The notes under the pieces are model-generated. The model had not been told where the DNA came from, did not search any database, and saw only the letters and a list, made by a program, of their open reading frames with translations. A DNA stretch of 64,000 bases. It comes from Thermoplasmata archaeon (GTDB lineage: Archaea > Thermoplasmatota > Thermoplasmata > Lutacidiplasmatales > UBA184). Positions within the stretch are counted from its first letter, which is position 1, and every line of letters begins with the position of its first letter. The stretch is taken from assembly GCA_030037955.1 (NCBI GenBank), contig JASHPT010000012.1:2429-66428 (forward strand), written 5' to 3'. This document shows, one piece after another, positions 54,328 to 61,958 of the stretch. A program made the position numbers and the translations under genes.

Positions 54328-54836
54328 ATCGCCGCCCGGTCACAGGTCGCATTCCAGGGACATCGGCCGCACCGTCCCCGACTCGGGGTGGCCCGGCCAT
54401 CGTAGACCATCGTCATCTCCCGGCGCAGGTCCAGGAGCTCCGCGCGCAGGACGCCGTTCCACTCGACCCGAATCTCGGTCCCGTCTCCGTAGCGAAGAAG
54501 ACCGTACGGAGGGGGCCGCCCGGTCCACTCCTCGACGAGGAGACAGTACGCGGCCACCTGCATCCGGTGAGAGAACGGCGGCCCGGACCGGGGGGCCGGA
54601 CGTGACTTGAACTCGACCGGAACCCACCGCCCATCGGGCCGCTGCCGGATCTCGTCCGGCCGGCCCGCCAGCGCGTAGCGGGACGACCGAAGGAGTCGCC
54701 CGGGAGACGAGGGCAGGTCCGACTGCACCAGCCGTCCCTCCCTCCGGAGCCGGTGGCTTCGGACGGCGACGAACGTGCCGCCGATCAGCAACGCGCCGCC
54801 GACGAGGAACAGCAGGTCGGCGAGACCGACCGTCAC
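54324..54836 (-). CDS. Cas4/DUF83-like RecB-family nuclease, C-terminal part (TM helix + motifs II, III, QxxxY + CxxCx5C)
   Basis: Putative GTG start at 54836, overlapping the upstream stop as GTGA. Product (M)TVGLADLLFLVGGALLIGGTFVAVRS...GRPDEIRQRPDGRWVPVEFKS...QVAAYCLL...CGRCPWNATC. Confidence 0.5.
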   Translation of the reverse strand: MTVGLADLLFLVGGALLIGGTFVAVRSHRLRREGRLVQSDLPSSPGRLLRSSRYALAGRPDEIRQRPDGRWVPVEFKSRPAPRSGPPFSHRMQVAAYCLLVEEWTGRPPPYGLLRYGDGTEIRVEWNGVLRAELLDLRREMTMVYDGRATPSRGRCGRCPWNATCDRAAI

Positions 54837-55078
54837 AGTCCGCTCCCGAGGGCCCAGGCGAGTACGCAGAGCAGTATCCCCAGACCGAGCAGCCACCACA
54901 CCCAGCCGCCGCGGCCTTCCCAGCGGAGGCGCGACGTCAATTCCCGTTCGTGCACGAGACTCCCTCGGGAACGTGCCTCGATGCTCGCACGGGTCGGCCC
55001 GAGCGGCGGGGGGTGACGGCGGTACCAGAACGCCCGCGGACAGTACGCGTACTCCGCGAGGTCGCTGACGCTCACCCA
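54833..55078 (-). CDS. Cas4/DUF83-like nuclease, N-terminal part (YCPR Cys1 motif) ending in a hydrophobic helix
   Basis: (M)SVSDLAEYAYCPRAFWYRR...SLVHERELTSRLRW..., then GWVWWLLGLGILLCVLAWALGSGL and stop. The GTG start at 55078 avoids overlap with the upstream gene. The ORF-track ATG is at 55111. Confidence 0.45.
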   Translation of the reverse strand, partial: WVSVSDLAEYAYCPRAFWYRRHPPPLGPTRASIEARSRGSLVHERELTSRLRWEGRGGWVWWLLGLGILLCVLAWALGSGL

Positions 55079-56466
55079 CCCGGCGGTGTGGGGAGGGGAG
55101 GCGCCGCCCATGCGGGTCGCTCGGAGCCTGTGGCGCCTTCAAACCGGGGGGTGGAGTGGAAGCTGTCGGAGGGTGGGTCGGGGGCGGGGCCCGGCCGGGT
55201 GGGCCCGGGCCCGGGAGCGGCGCTCGCGCCCCGGCCCGGGAATTGCGGCGACCACTCCCGCAGGATGAGGATCAGGAGCGCGAGGAGGCCGACGCCGAAG
55301 AGGCCGCCCAGGCCCTCGGAGAATCCGCAGGCGCCGCTCTGCTGGCACATCGGGAGCGCCACCGTCGCGTCGAGGATCCCCACCGCGCCCAGGGCGAAGA
55401 GCCACCGGCCATACGCGGGTCCGAGGAGCGCGACCGGTACGAGCCAGATGAGGAAGTTCTCCGTGAACCGCTGCGCCACGAGCGCGACGATGACGGTGAG
55501 GAGGGCGACCGCCGGAACGGCCGACCAGCGTCGGAGATGCACGAACACGATCCCGGCGAGGAGCGCGAGCCCCTGGACCGCGATGAGCACGTCGGACGGC
55601 GGCATCATGTGAAGCGGGATCAGGACGCCGAACTCGTTGATCGAAAGGTCGGCGCGGGTCAGCTGCTGACTGAACAGCAGGCTGTAGGCGTAGTTGCCCC
55701 AGACGAGGCCCACCATGAGGCTGAGTCCGCCGAACACCACGATCGAGATCGCGAGCTCGCGCCAACGGACCCGGCCCGTTCCCGAGAGACCGCCCCAGAA
55801 CGGGAACAGCGACGGAAACTTCACCGTGGAGAGCAGCCCCGCCACGGCGCCGGCGGCCGGATTGCGACGGAGCGCCAGCCAGATCCCGAGCAGGGCCGTG
55901 ACCGGAACGATCGCGCTGTGACCCCCCTGGATCGACCCGACCACCAGCGGAGCAAACACCGGCGTGGTCGCCACGACGAGCGTCGCATACCACCGCTCCC
56001 GGACCGCCAGCGCCCAGGTCAGCGGGATCAGGCTGAGCGCGACGGCATTCCACACCAGCCAGATGCCGACCCGTCCCCCGAGGCTGCCGAGCGCGTCGAG
56101 GAGTACCGACGCGATCCCGTACGGAACGTGCACGGAGTGACCGCACTGGAACGTGACGAACGGATTGATCCCGGCGAGGAGGTTCTGCCCGGACTGCAGC
56201 AAGGCGAGCGTGTCGTCCTCCCCGGCCGAGCAGGGGATCGGTGCGGACTGGATCCAGGCCGCCAGCACGAAGACCACGCCCAGCACGACGGCCACGACCC
56301 GCCAATCCCACGGGATCCTCCGGAGGGAGCCGAGCGGCCGGACGAGGACGCGGTCTACCGCGGCACGGAATGCGGCTGCCCGGGGCCAGCCGTAGAGGAG
56401 CACCAACCCGCCGACGACACCGGCGACGAGCTCGGGCGCCGACGCCGCGAGAACCGAGGAGGTCAA
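55072..56466 (-). CDS. polytopic integral membrane protein, GT-C-like glycosyltransferase (DUF2029/GT87-like) suspected
   Basis: ~11 TM helices. Acidic EDD motif in the first extracytoplasmic loop (SAGEDDTLALL). Pro/Gly-rich C-terminal tail. Confidence 0.6.
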   Translation of the reverse strand: MTSSVLAASAPELVAGVVGGLVLLYGWPRAAAFRAAVDRVLVRPLGSLRRIPWDWRVVAVVLGVVFVLAAWIQSAPIPCSAGEDDTLALLQSGQNLLAGINPFVTFQCGHSVHVPYGIASVLLDALGSLGGRVGIWLVWNAVALSLIPLTWALAVRERWYATLVVATTPVFAPLVVGSIQGGHSAIVPVTALLGIWLALRRNPAAGAVAGLLSTVKFPSLFPFWGGLSGTGRVRWRELAISIVVFGGLSLMVGLVWGNYAYSLLFSQQLTRADLSINEFGVLIPLHMMPPSDVLIAVQGLALLAGIVFVHLRRWSAVPAVALLTVIVALVAQRFTENFLIWLVPVALLGPAYGRWLFALGAVGILDATVALPMCQQSGACGFSEGLGGLFGVGLLALLILILREWSPQFPGRGASAAPGPGPTRPGPAPDPPSDSFHSTPRFEGATGSERPAWAAPPLPTPPGG

Positions 56467-56528
56467 CGTTCACCCAGCAGTGGGGCGGTCCATACGACTT
56501 CCGCTCGCCCCTCTCGGGGGACCCTCCG

Positions 56529-56903
56529 TTACGTTGCGGGCTCGGTCGCGGCAGGCTTCTTGGGTCGCGGCTTCTTGGCCGGCGCCGCGGCCCCGGCCGG
56601 TGGGGTGGACTTCGGCTGGGCAGCCTTCTTGGGCGTCGGCTTCGTGCCCGCCTTCCCAGGCTTGGGCGCCGCCGGCGCTGGAGCGGCCTCGGACGTCGGC
56701 TGGCGGCGTTGTTCCGCGAGCCGCTTGAGCTCGTGCGCCCGGGTCCAGCGAAGCCGGTGGCCCACGCGACCGAGACCCAGCTGCTGCTTGCGGCACGACG
56801 AGGAGCAGAAGGCGAAGAGCGAGCCGTCCCGCTTGACGAACAGCTGGCCGGTGCCGGGTTCGATCTCCCCCGCGCAGAAGGAGCAGGTACGGTGGACGAC
56901 CAT
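56529..56903 (-). CDS. rpl24e: 50S ribosomal protein L24e
   Basis: RTCSFCAGEIEPGTGQLFVKRDGSLFAFCSSSCRK zinc-ribbon signature. Lys/Pro/Ala-rich tail. Confidence 0.9.
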   Translation of the reverse strand: MVVHRTCSFCAGEIEPGTGQLFVKRDGSLFAFCSSSCRKQQLGLGRVGHRLRWTRAHELKRLAEQRRQPTSEAAPAPAAPKPGKAGTKPTPKKAAQPKSTPPAGAAAPAKKPRPKKPAATEPAT

Positions 56904-56916
56904 CGGCGGAGCGGCC

Positions 56917-57132
56917 TCACCGCACCGACAGCTTGCGCGCTTCTCGGGCGGTCTCGCGCAGGACGAGTACGTCGCCGACGCGGATCGGTCCCATCACGTT
57001 GCGCGCGATGATCTTTCCGCGGTCCCGACCGGCGAGGACGCGGACCTTGACCTGGGTGGCCTCTCCGGCCATCCCCGTGCGGCCCACGAGCTCCACGACC
57101 TCCGCCGGGGAGCCCTTGTCTTCCTCCGCCAT
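56917..57132 (-). CDS. rps28e: 30S ribosomal protein S28e
   Basis: 71 aa [25 protein letters not shown]...[21 protein letters not shown]. Confidence 0.9.
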   Translation of the reverse strand: MAEEDKGSPAEVVELVGRTGMAGEATQVKVRVLAGRDRGKIIARNVMGPIRVGDVLVLRETAREARKLSVR

Positions 57133-57163
57133 CGTCCGTCCCTCGGGTCGAGCTCGAGTCCCG

Positions 57164-57535
57164 TTACTTCTTGAGCGTCGCGAAGGCGCCGGTGAGCTCG
57201 TCGAGGATTCCCTTCGCCTCGCCGGCGTCGACCACGGCGACGCTCGCCGCCGACTTGGTGAGTCCGGCGGCCTGGCCGAGCCGCTGCTTCTTGGACACGT
57301 ACAGGTACGGGATCCGCTTCTCCTCGCAGAGCATCGGGATGTGGGCGAGGATCTCGATCGGGTCGACGTCCTCGGCCATCACGACCAGCTTGGCCTCGAC
57401 GCGTTCGCTCGCCTTCGTTACCTCGTTCGTCCCGATGCGGACCTTCCCGGTCTCCCGGGCGATCTGCACGAGCTGGAGGGCCTTGTCGGCGATTTCGGCG
57501 GGAGTCTCGAACCGGATATAGATCGCTCGCGTCAT
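57164..57535 (-). CDS. rpl7ae: 50S ribosomal protein L7Ae (K-turn binding)
   Basis: 123 aa with the ...[29 protein letters not shown]...IPYLYV signature. Confidence 0.9.
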   Translation of the reverse strand: MTRAIYIRFETPAEIADKALQLVQIARETGKVRIGTNEVTKASERVEAKLVVMAEDVDPIEILAHIPMLCEEKRIPYLYVSKKQRLGQAAGLTKSAASVAVVDAGEAKGILDELTGAFATLKK

Positions 57536-57651
57536 GCTTGCCTCGCGTCAGCGGGAACCCGAGCGGGGTCCCTCGGCTCACGGGTGGAACGGTCGCTACG
57601 GCTCACGATATTTAACCCTGACATCCGCGCTCGCCCCGCGGCGGTCCAGCG

Positions 57652-58701
57652 CTACGGAAGGAGCGAGCCGGGGATGCTGCCGGGATGCTCGGCGAAGAAG
57701 CGCTTCGCCGGCTCCGTGACCCGCGCCAGGCCGGCCGCGACGGCCGCCTTGAGGTCCTGGGGATGCAGCGCACCGGACCGCCAGACCTTGAGGAACTCCT
57801 CCTCGCCGACGAGGTCGAGGGACCCGCCGTGCTTCGGGGCCCGGTCGACCGCGAGGTGGCCCTCCCACGGGATCACGACGTACCGTGCGAGCTCGACGAC
57901 CGGATTGCCGTCCACCTCCTTGGCGGGACAGTACGCCGCCGCCAGCCGGTCCGCGATGAGCTCGGGCTCGGCGTGGATCGGGATGCCGGCGTCCGGGTCG
58001 GACTTCGACATCTTCTTCTCGACGGTCAGGGACTCCGGGTCCATCCGGCCTCCTCCCTTGAGCGACGACACGAGCGGGGTGTGCACCCCGATCGGCACCG
58101 GCCACCGGTAGTGGTGCGCGACCTCGCGGGCCAGCACGTGCGCCCGGCGCTGGTCGACGCCGGCATAGGCGATATCGACGGGAAGCTGGAAGATGTCGGC
58201 GGCCTGCATCGAGGGGTAGAACAGCTTCGCCGTGTCGAGGTTCGCCTCCTCTTCGCCACGCCCCATGATCGGCAGGGCTCTCCGGGACCGTGCGAGGGAG
58301 GTCGCCTTCGCGACCCGGACCACCCGGTCCCAGTAGCCGGGCTCGGCCTGCAGCTCCTGAGCCCAGCGGAACCGCGTGCGCGCGGGGTCGACCCCGAGGG
58401 CGATGAACGCCTCCTGCATGTAGCGCCCGGCGTCCCGAATCCGATCCAGCGACCCGTCCAGCTTGTCGTTGATCCAGGCGTGCCAGTCGGCCAGGAATAC
58501 CGTGAGCTGGCAGCCGGCGTCCGTGAGGTCCCGCATCTTCCGCGCGGTGACCAGATGCCCGACGTGCAGGAGGCCGGAGGGCTCGAAGCCGATGTAGGCC
58601 CGGGGCGCCGACTCTCGCTCGAAGAGCGGCCGGAGCTCCTCCGGGGTCAGGACCTCCGCGGTGTTCCGAACGATGCGGGCGACGCGCTCGTCGAGGTCCA
58701 C
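57652..58701 (-). CDS. tyrS: tyrosine--tRNA ligase (archaeal type)
   Basis: AYIGFEPSGLLHVGH (HIGH) and KMSKS motifs. GTG start at 58701 (349 aa), 21-29 nt downstream of the TATA cataaatag. The ORF-track start at 58800 is over-extended. Confidence 0.85.
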   Translation of the reverse strand: MDLDERVARIVRNTAEVLTPEELRPLFERESAPRAYIGFEPSGLLHVGHLVTARKMRDLTDAGCQLTVFLADWHAWINDKLDGSLDRIRDAGRYMQEAFIALGVDPARTRFRWAQELQAEPGYWDRVVRVAKATSLARSRRALPIMGRGEEEANLDTAKLFYPSMQAADIFQLPVDIAYAGVDQRRAHVLAREVAHHYRWPVPIGVHTPLVSSLKGGGRMDPESLTVEKKMSKSDPDAGIPIHAEPELIADRLAAAYCPAKEVDGNPVVELARYVVIPWEGHLAVDRAPKHGGSLDLVGEEEFLKVWRSGALHPQDLKAAVAAGLARVTEPAKRFFAEHPGSIPGSLLP

Positions 58702-58721
58702 GTTTGCGCGAGGAACCGCGG

Positions 58722-58730
58722 CTCTATTTA
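58722..58730. promoter_or_regulatory. shared/bidirectional TATA element (ctctattta / taaatagag) between tyrS and the HExxH gene
   Basis: The only AT-rich element in the 52-nt divergent spacer. It lies 21-29 nt from the tyrS GTG (58701) and ~27 nt from the plus-strand ATG (58753), implying leaderless mRNAs on both sides. Confidence 0.5.
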
Positions 58731-58752
58731 TGCCCCCATGTTGAAACCCCCG

Positions 58753-59310
58753 ATGGGTCCCGAACTTTCTCCGACCCGCCGACTTTTGCGCTGGCCCCAC
58801 GCGCGCGAGCTTCTGGGGCCGGTCGCCCAGGTGTCCGCGGAGTTTCCAGAGCTCGTCGGCCTCCGCGTCCGGGTCGACCTACTGCCCTGGGGGTCGCGGC
58901 GGCTCGGCGCTGCCTCGATCCTCGAGCGGCCCCCGCGGGTCGCCTTCCACCCGGAGCTGGCACGTCGACCCGAAGAGCTGGCCGCGACCGCCGCCCACGA
59001 GTTCATGCATCTCCTCCAGTGGCCGCTCCAGCGGATTCCGAACGGGGAACGGGCCTGCGACCTGTTCGTGCTCGCACGATTCGGGACCCGGTTCCAGGGC
59101 CCTCCATACTACCTGCATGTCCCCCGTCGTGCCCGGACCCACTGGGCCGAGTGGGCTCCCCTCGCCCAGGAGCTCGCCGTACGGGCCCTCGACGAACGCC
59201 GTCAGGGACGGCGCCAGTATCTTCGGTGGTGGGAGGAGGAGTTCCGGTCCCGGATCCCCCCGGCGGTGTCGGGCGGCTGGGCCCCCGGTCTCTCCCTGGC
59301 GCCGGGGTAA
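58753..59310 (+). CDS. putative zinc metallopeptidase (HExxH motif; SprT/DUF45-like)
   Basis: AAHEFMHLLQW motif. ATG at 58753 (MGPELSP...), ~27 nt downstream of the shared TATA ctctattta. An alternative ATG lies at 58738. It is the C-terminal part of the otherwise antisense 541-aa ORF on the track. Confidence 0.45.
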   Translation: MGPELSPTRRLLRWPHARELLGPVAQVSAEFPELVGLRVRVDLLPWGSRRLGAASILERPPRVAFHPELARRPEELAATAAHEFMHLLQWPLQRIPNGERACDLFVLARFGTRFQGPPYYLHVPRRARTHWAEWAPLAQELAVRALDERRQGRRQYLRWWEEEFRSRIPPAVSGGWAPGLSLAPG

Positions 59311-59372
59311 GGACGCCGCCGACCGCCCACAGGTCTTAAAGTCGGTCGCCGCCCTTGTAACGGTGCTCTCGG

Positions 59373-61508
59373 ATGACCGACTCGACGGACGCCTCGGCCG
59401 AGACGGCCCCACCCCGCGACGAGGCCGGCTCTGAGCCCGCGAAGGACCGGAAGCCCGACCCCGACACGTCGGAGACCTCCCCTCCGAGCGGGGAGCGGAT
59501 CGTCGAGAAGTGGATGGCGACGGTGGGCAAGGCCGAGCGGCCCAAGCGCCACCGGATCGCCACCCCGACCAAGGGCTCGACCGACGTGCTCCGAAAGTGG
59601 GTCGAAGGCGACGATTCCGTCCTCGAGACCTGGATCCAGTCCTCCGAGCCGGCCCCGGTGCCGACGGCCCCGACCCCCGCGATCGCCGAGGAGCTCGGGA
59701 TGCCCGCGTTGCCGGCCGTCGGTCCGATCCCCTCCTCGACGGTCCCCGGGGAGCGCGCGGCTCCCGGGGGTCCGAGCACGACCACGAGCGAGCGCGAGGT
59801 GACCCTCGTCCGCTGGCTCACCGACCTGCTCGACCGCGTGAAGTCGGACCAGTTCGACCCGCACTCCCTCGTCGAAGAGCTGCAGGACATCCAGCGGCAG
59901 CTGTACGACGAGCGCCAGAAGCGGAAGCAGATGGAGGAGGAGCTGGAGCACGTCAAGCGCGGCTCCATCGCCGTCATCAAGTACGTCCGGAACCGGGAGG
60001 CCAAGGCGCGGGAGCAGCTCGTCCAGGAGATGGAGGGCCGGATCTCGGAGCTCCAGATGGCCCTCGACCGCACCGGCGCGGACATCGCGCCGGCGGCCGC
60101 CGCTCCCGTCGTGCCCGCGGCCGTCCCCGGGGTCGAGGCCCCGTCGGGAGAAGGGCCGACGCGGGAGTCGGAGGCCCGGATCCGGCAGGAGTTCGCCGAG
60201 CGGGAGCACGGTTACATCGACCGCGAAACGGAGCTCCGCCGCCGCCAGATCCAGCTCGAGGAGGAGATCCGGAACCTCCGGTCCGAGCTCGACCTCTCGA
60301 AGAAGCGACTCGACAGCGTCGGCGCCGATGAACGGTCGATCACGGAGTCCCTCCAGTCCCGCCTGAACACCGCCGACATGCGCGAGCGCGAGCTCGCCCG
60401 ACGGGAGAACGAGCTCCGCACGAAGTTCGAGGAGATCCGGCTCCAGACCGAGGACATCGAGCGTCGTCGCGCGCCGCTCGAGTTCAAGGAGAAGGAGCTC
60501 CAGGTCTGGGACCAGGAGCTGCGGATCCAGAAGGAGTCCGTCCAGGTCCAGCAGCGCCGTCTCGAGGAGGCCCGGCTCGCCGGAGAATCGATGGAGTCGG
60601 CGGAGAAGTCGAAGCGCCTCGCCGAGCTCCAGACGGAGGTCACGAAGAAGGAGGAGGAGCTCCGCGCCCGCGAGGCGTTCATGCACCAGCGGATGCAGGA
60701 GCTCGAGGGACTGGAGCGGAAGGCCGCCGAGGCGGACGCCGACCGGTCGCAGGCCGAGGTCACCGCCGCCGCGAGCACGAAGAAGGCGCGCACCGGTGTT
60801 CGCCGGCTGGACGACCTCCTGTTCGGCGGGATCCCGCTCGGCTCGCAGCTCCTGGTCAACGGTCCGGCGCACACCGGCAAGGAGGTGCTGGCCCGGGCCT
60901 TCGCGACCGAGGGACTGCGGAACGGCGGCGGCGTGATCTGGGTGCTGACGGACAAGACCTACCAGACCGTCCGCGAGGAGTCGACCGAGTTCCTCCCGAA
61001 CTACCTCGAGTTGGAGCAGAAGGGGCTCGTCAAGTACCTCGACCTCTACTCGCGGAGCCTCGGCCTGACCGAGGGGGAGCGCAACGCGATCCTGCTCTCG
61101 CTCACCGACAAGGGCGCGATCGACACCCTGACGGCGCGCGTGAACGAGTTCGCCCTGGAGTTCCGCCAGAAGTCCATCCCGTACCGGCTCGTCTTCGAGT
61201 CGGTCTCGACCCTGACGGCCTACCTCGACACGGCCGCGACGTTCCGGTTCCTGCAGCCGTTCGTCGGCCGTCGGAAGGTCGATGGCGCGGCCGGCTACTA
61301 CCTCATCGAGACCGGCATGCACAGCGAGGCCGACCTGCGGACCCTCGAGCACATGATGGATGGGTCGATCAACCTCAAGATCGACCAGCTGAAGAATTTC
61401 CTGTCCGTCCGGGGCATCACCGACGTCCAGTCCCGGGCCTGGGTCGGCTACACGTTCACGAAGCGCGCCTTCTCGCTGGGCTCGTTCTCCCTCGACCACA
61501 TCCGGTAA
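59373..61508 (+). CDS. long coiled-coil protein with C-terminal KaiC/RecA-superfamily ATPase-like domain (degenerate Walker A GPAHTGKE)
   Basis: N-terminal acidic and Pro-rich low-complexity region. About 300 aa of heptad-rich Glu/Arg/Lys/Leu/Gln coiled coil. Then RRLDDLLFGGIPLGSQLLVNGPAHTGKEVLARAFATEG...VIWVLTD (KaiC-like fold, COG0467-like). Confidence 0.75.
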   Translation: MTDSTDASAETAPPRDEAGSEPAKDRKPDPDTSETSPPSGERIVEKWMATVGKAERPKRHRIATPTKGSTDVLRKWVEGDDSVLETWIQSSEPAPVPTAPTPAIAEELGMPALPAVGPIPSSTVPGERAAPGGPSTTTSEREVTLVRWLTDLLDRVKSDQFDPHSLVEELQDIQRQLYDERQKRKQMEEELEHVKRGSIAVIKYVRNREAKAREQLVQEMEGRISELQMALDRTGADIAPAAAAPVVPAAVPGVEAPSGEGPTRESEARIRQEFAEREHGYIDRETELRRRQIQLEEEIRNLRSELDLSKKRLDSVGADERSITESLQSRLNTADMRERELARRENELRTKFEEIRLQTEDIERRRAPLEFKEKELQVWDQELRIQKESVQVQQRRLEEARLAGESMESAEKSKRLAELQTEVTKKEEELRAREAFMHQRMQELEGLERKAAEADADRSQAEVTAAASTKKARTGVRRLDDLLFGGIPLGSQLLVNGPAHTGKEVLARAFATEGLRNGGGVIWVLTDKTYQTVREESTEFLPNYLELEQKGLVKYLDLYSRSLGLTEGERNAILLSLTDKGAIDTLTARVNEFALEFRQKSIPYRLVFESVSTLTAYLDTAATFRFLQPFVGRRKVDGAAGYYLIETGMHSEADLRTLEHMMDGSINLKIDQLKNFLSVRGITDVQSRAWVGYTFTKRAFSLGSFSLDHIR

Positions 61509-61540
61509 GTACCGGCGCCGCCGTCGGCGCCCGGACACAA

Positions 61541-61548
61541 CTATATAT
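61541..61548 (+). promoter_or_regulatory. TATA box (ctatatat) for the SRP RNA gene
   Basis: Perfect AT-rich octamer in a >65% GC background, ~25 nt upstream of the proposed 7S RNA 5' end. Confidence 0.6.
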
Positions 61549-61568
61549 CCCGCGGCCCCGTGGAAATC

Positions 61569-61888
61569 CCGCTAGGCTAGACCGGGGGGTTGGGCGTCCC
61601 CTTTTACACCGAAACCGTCCTCAGCGGGGGTGACAGGCAGGAGCGACGCGCACCGAGGGAGTCCGTCTCGTTCGTCTCCGTCGACGCTCTGTTCCACTGG
61701 GCCGCGGGCACCGCGACGAGCGCTCGGAGGAGCGCCCTAGCGGTTACCCATCACGGGAACCGGGTCAGGTCCTGACGGGAGCAGCCTTACCGTGACCCGA
61801 CGACGCTGGTGGGGCGACGGGGCTGAGGAGCGGACGGGGTCTCCGGACCCTCCCGGTGCGCGGCCACCCTGCCGGCCTAGCACGGCGA
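61569..61888 (+). ncRNA. signal recognition particle RNA (7S / SRP RNA), archaeal type
   Basis: Begins ~25 nt downstream of the TATA ctatatat. The 5' CGCUAGGCUAGACCGGGGGG...ACACCGAAACCG is Alu-domain-like. Conserved helix-8 sequence GGUCAGGUCC-UGAC-GGGAGCAGCC at ~61762-61786. The 3' GCCGGCCUAGCACGG pairs with the 5' end. Overlapping plus-strand ORFs are spurious. Confidence 0.65.
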
Positions 61889-61958
61889 TCCTCGCCGCGC
61901 GGTCCTCGACAGAAGACAGGAAGGAAGAGGTTCTCGTTCCGTCCGGTGCGTCAGGGCC

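Noticed and set aside
57685-58737. N-terminal 350 aa of the 541-aa plus-strand ORF
   Set aside because: Antisense to tyrS with Arg/Gly/Pro-rich composition. Only the C-terminal part after the ATG at 58738/58753 (HExxH protein) is kept.
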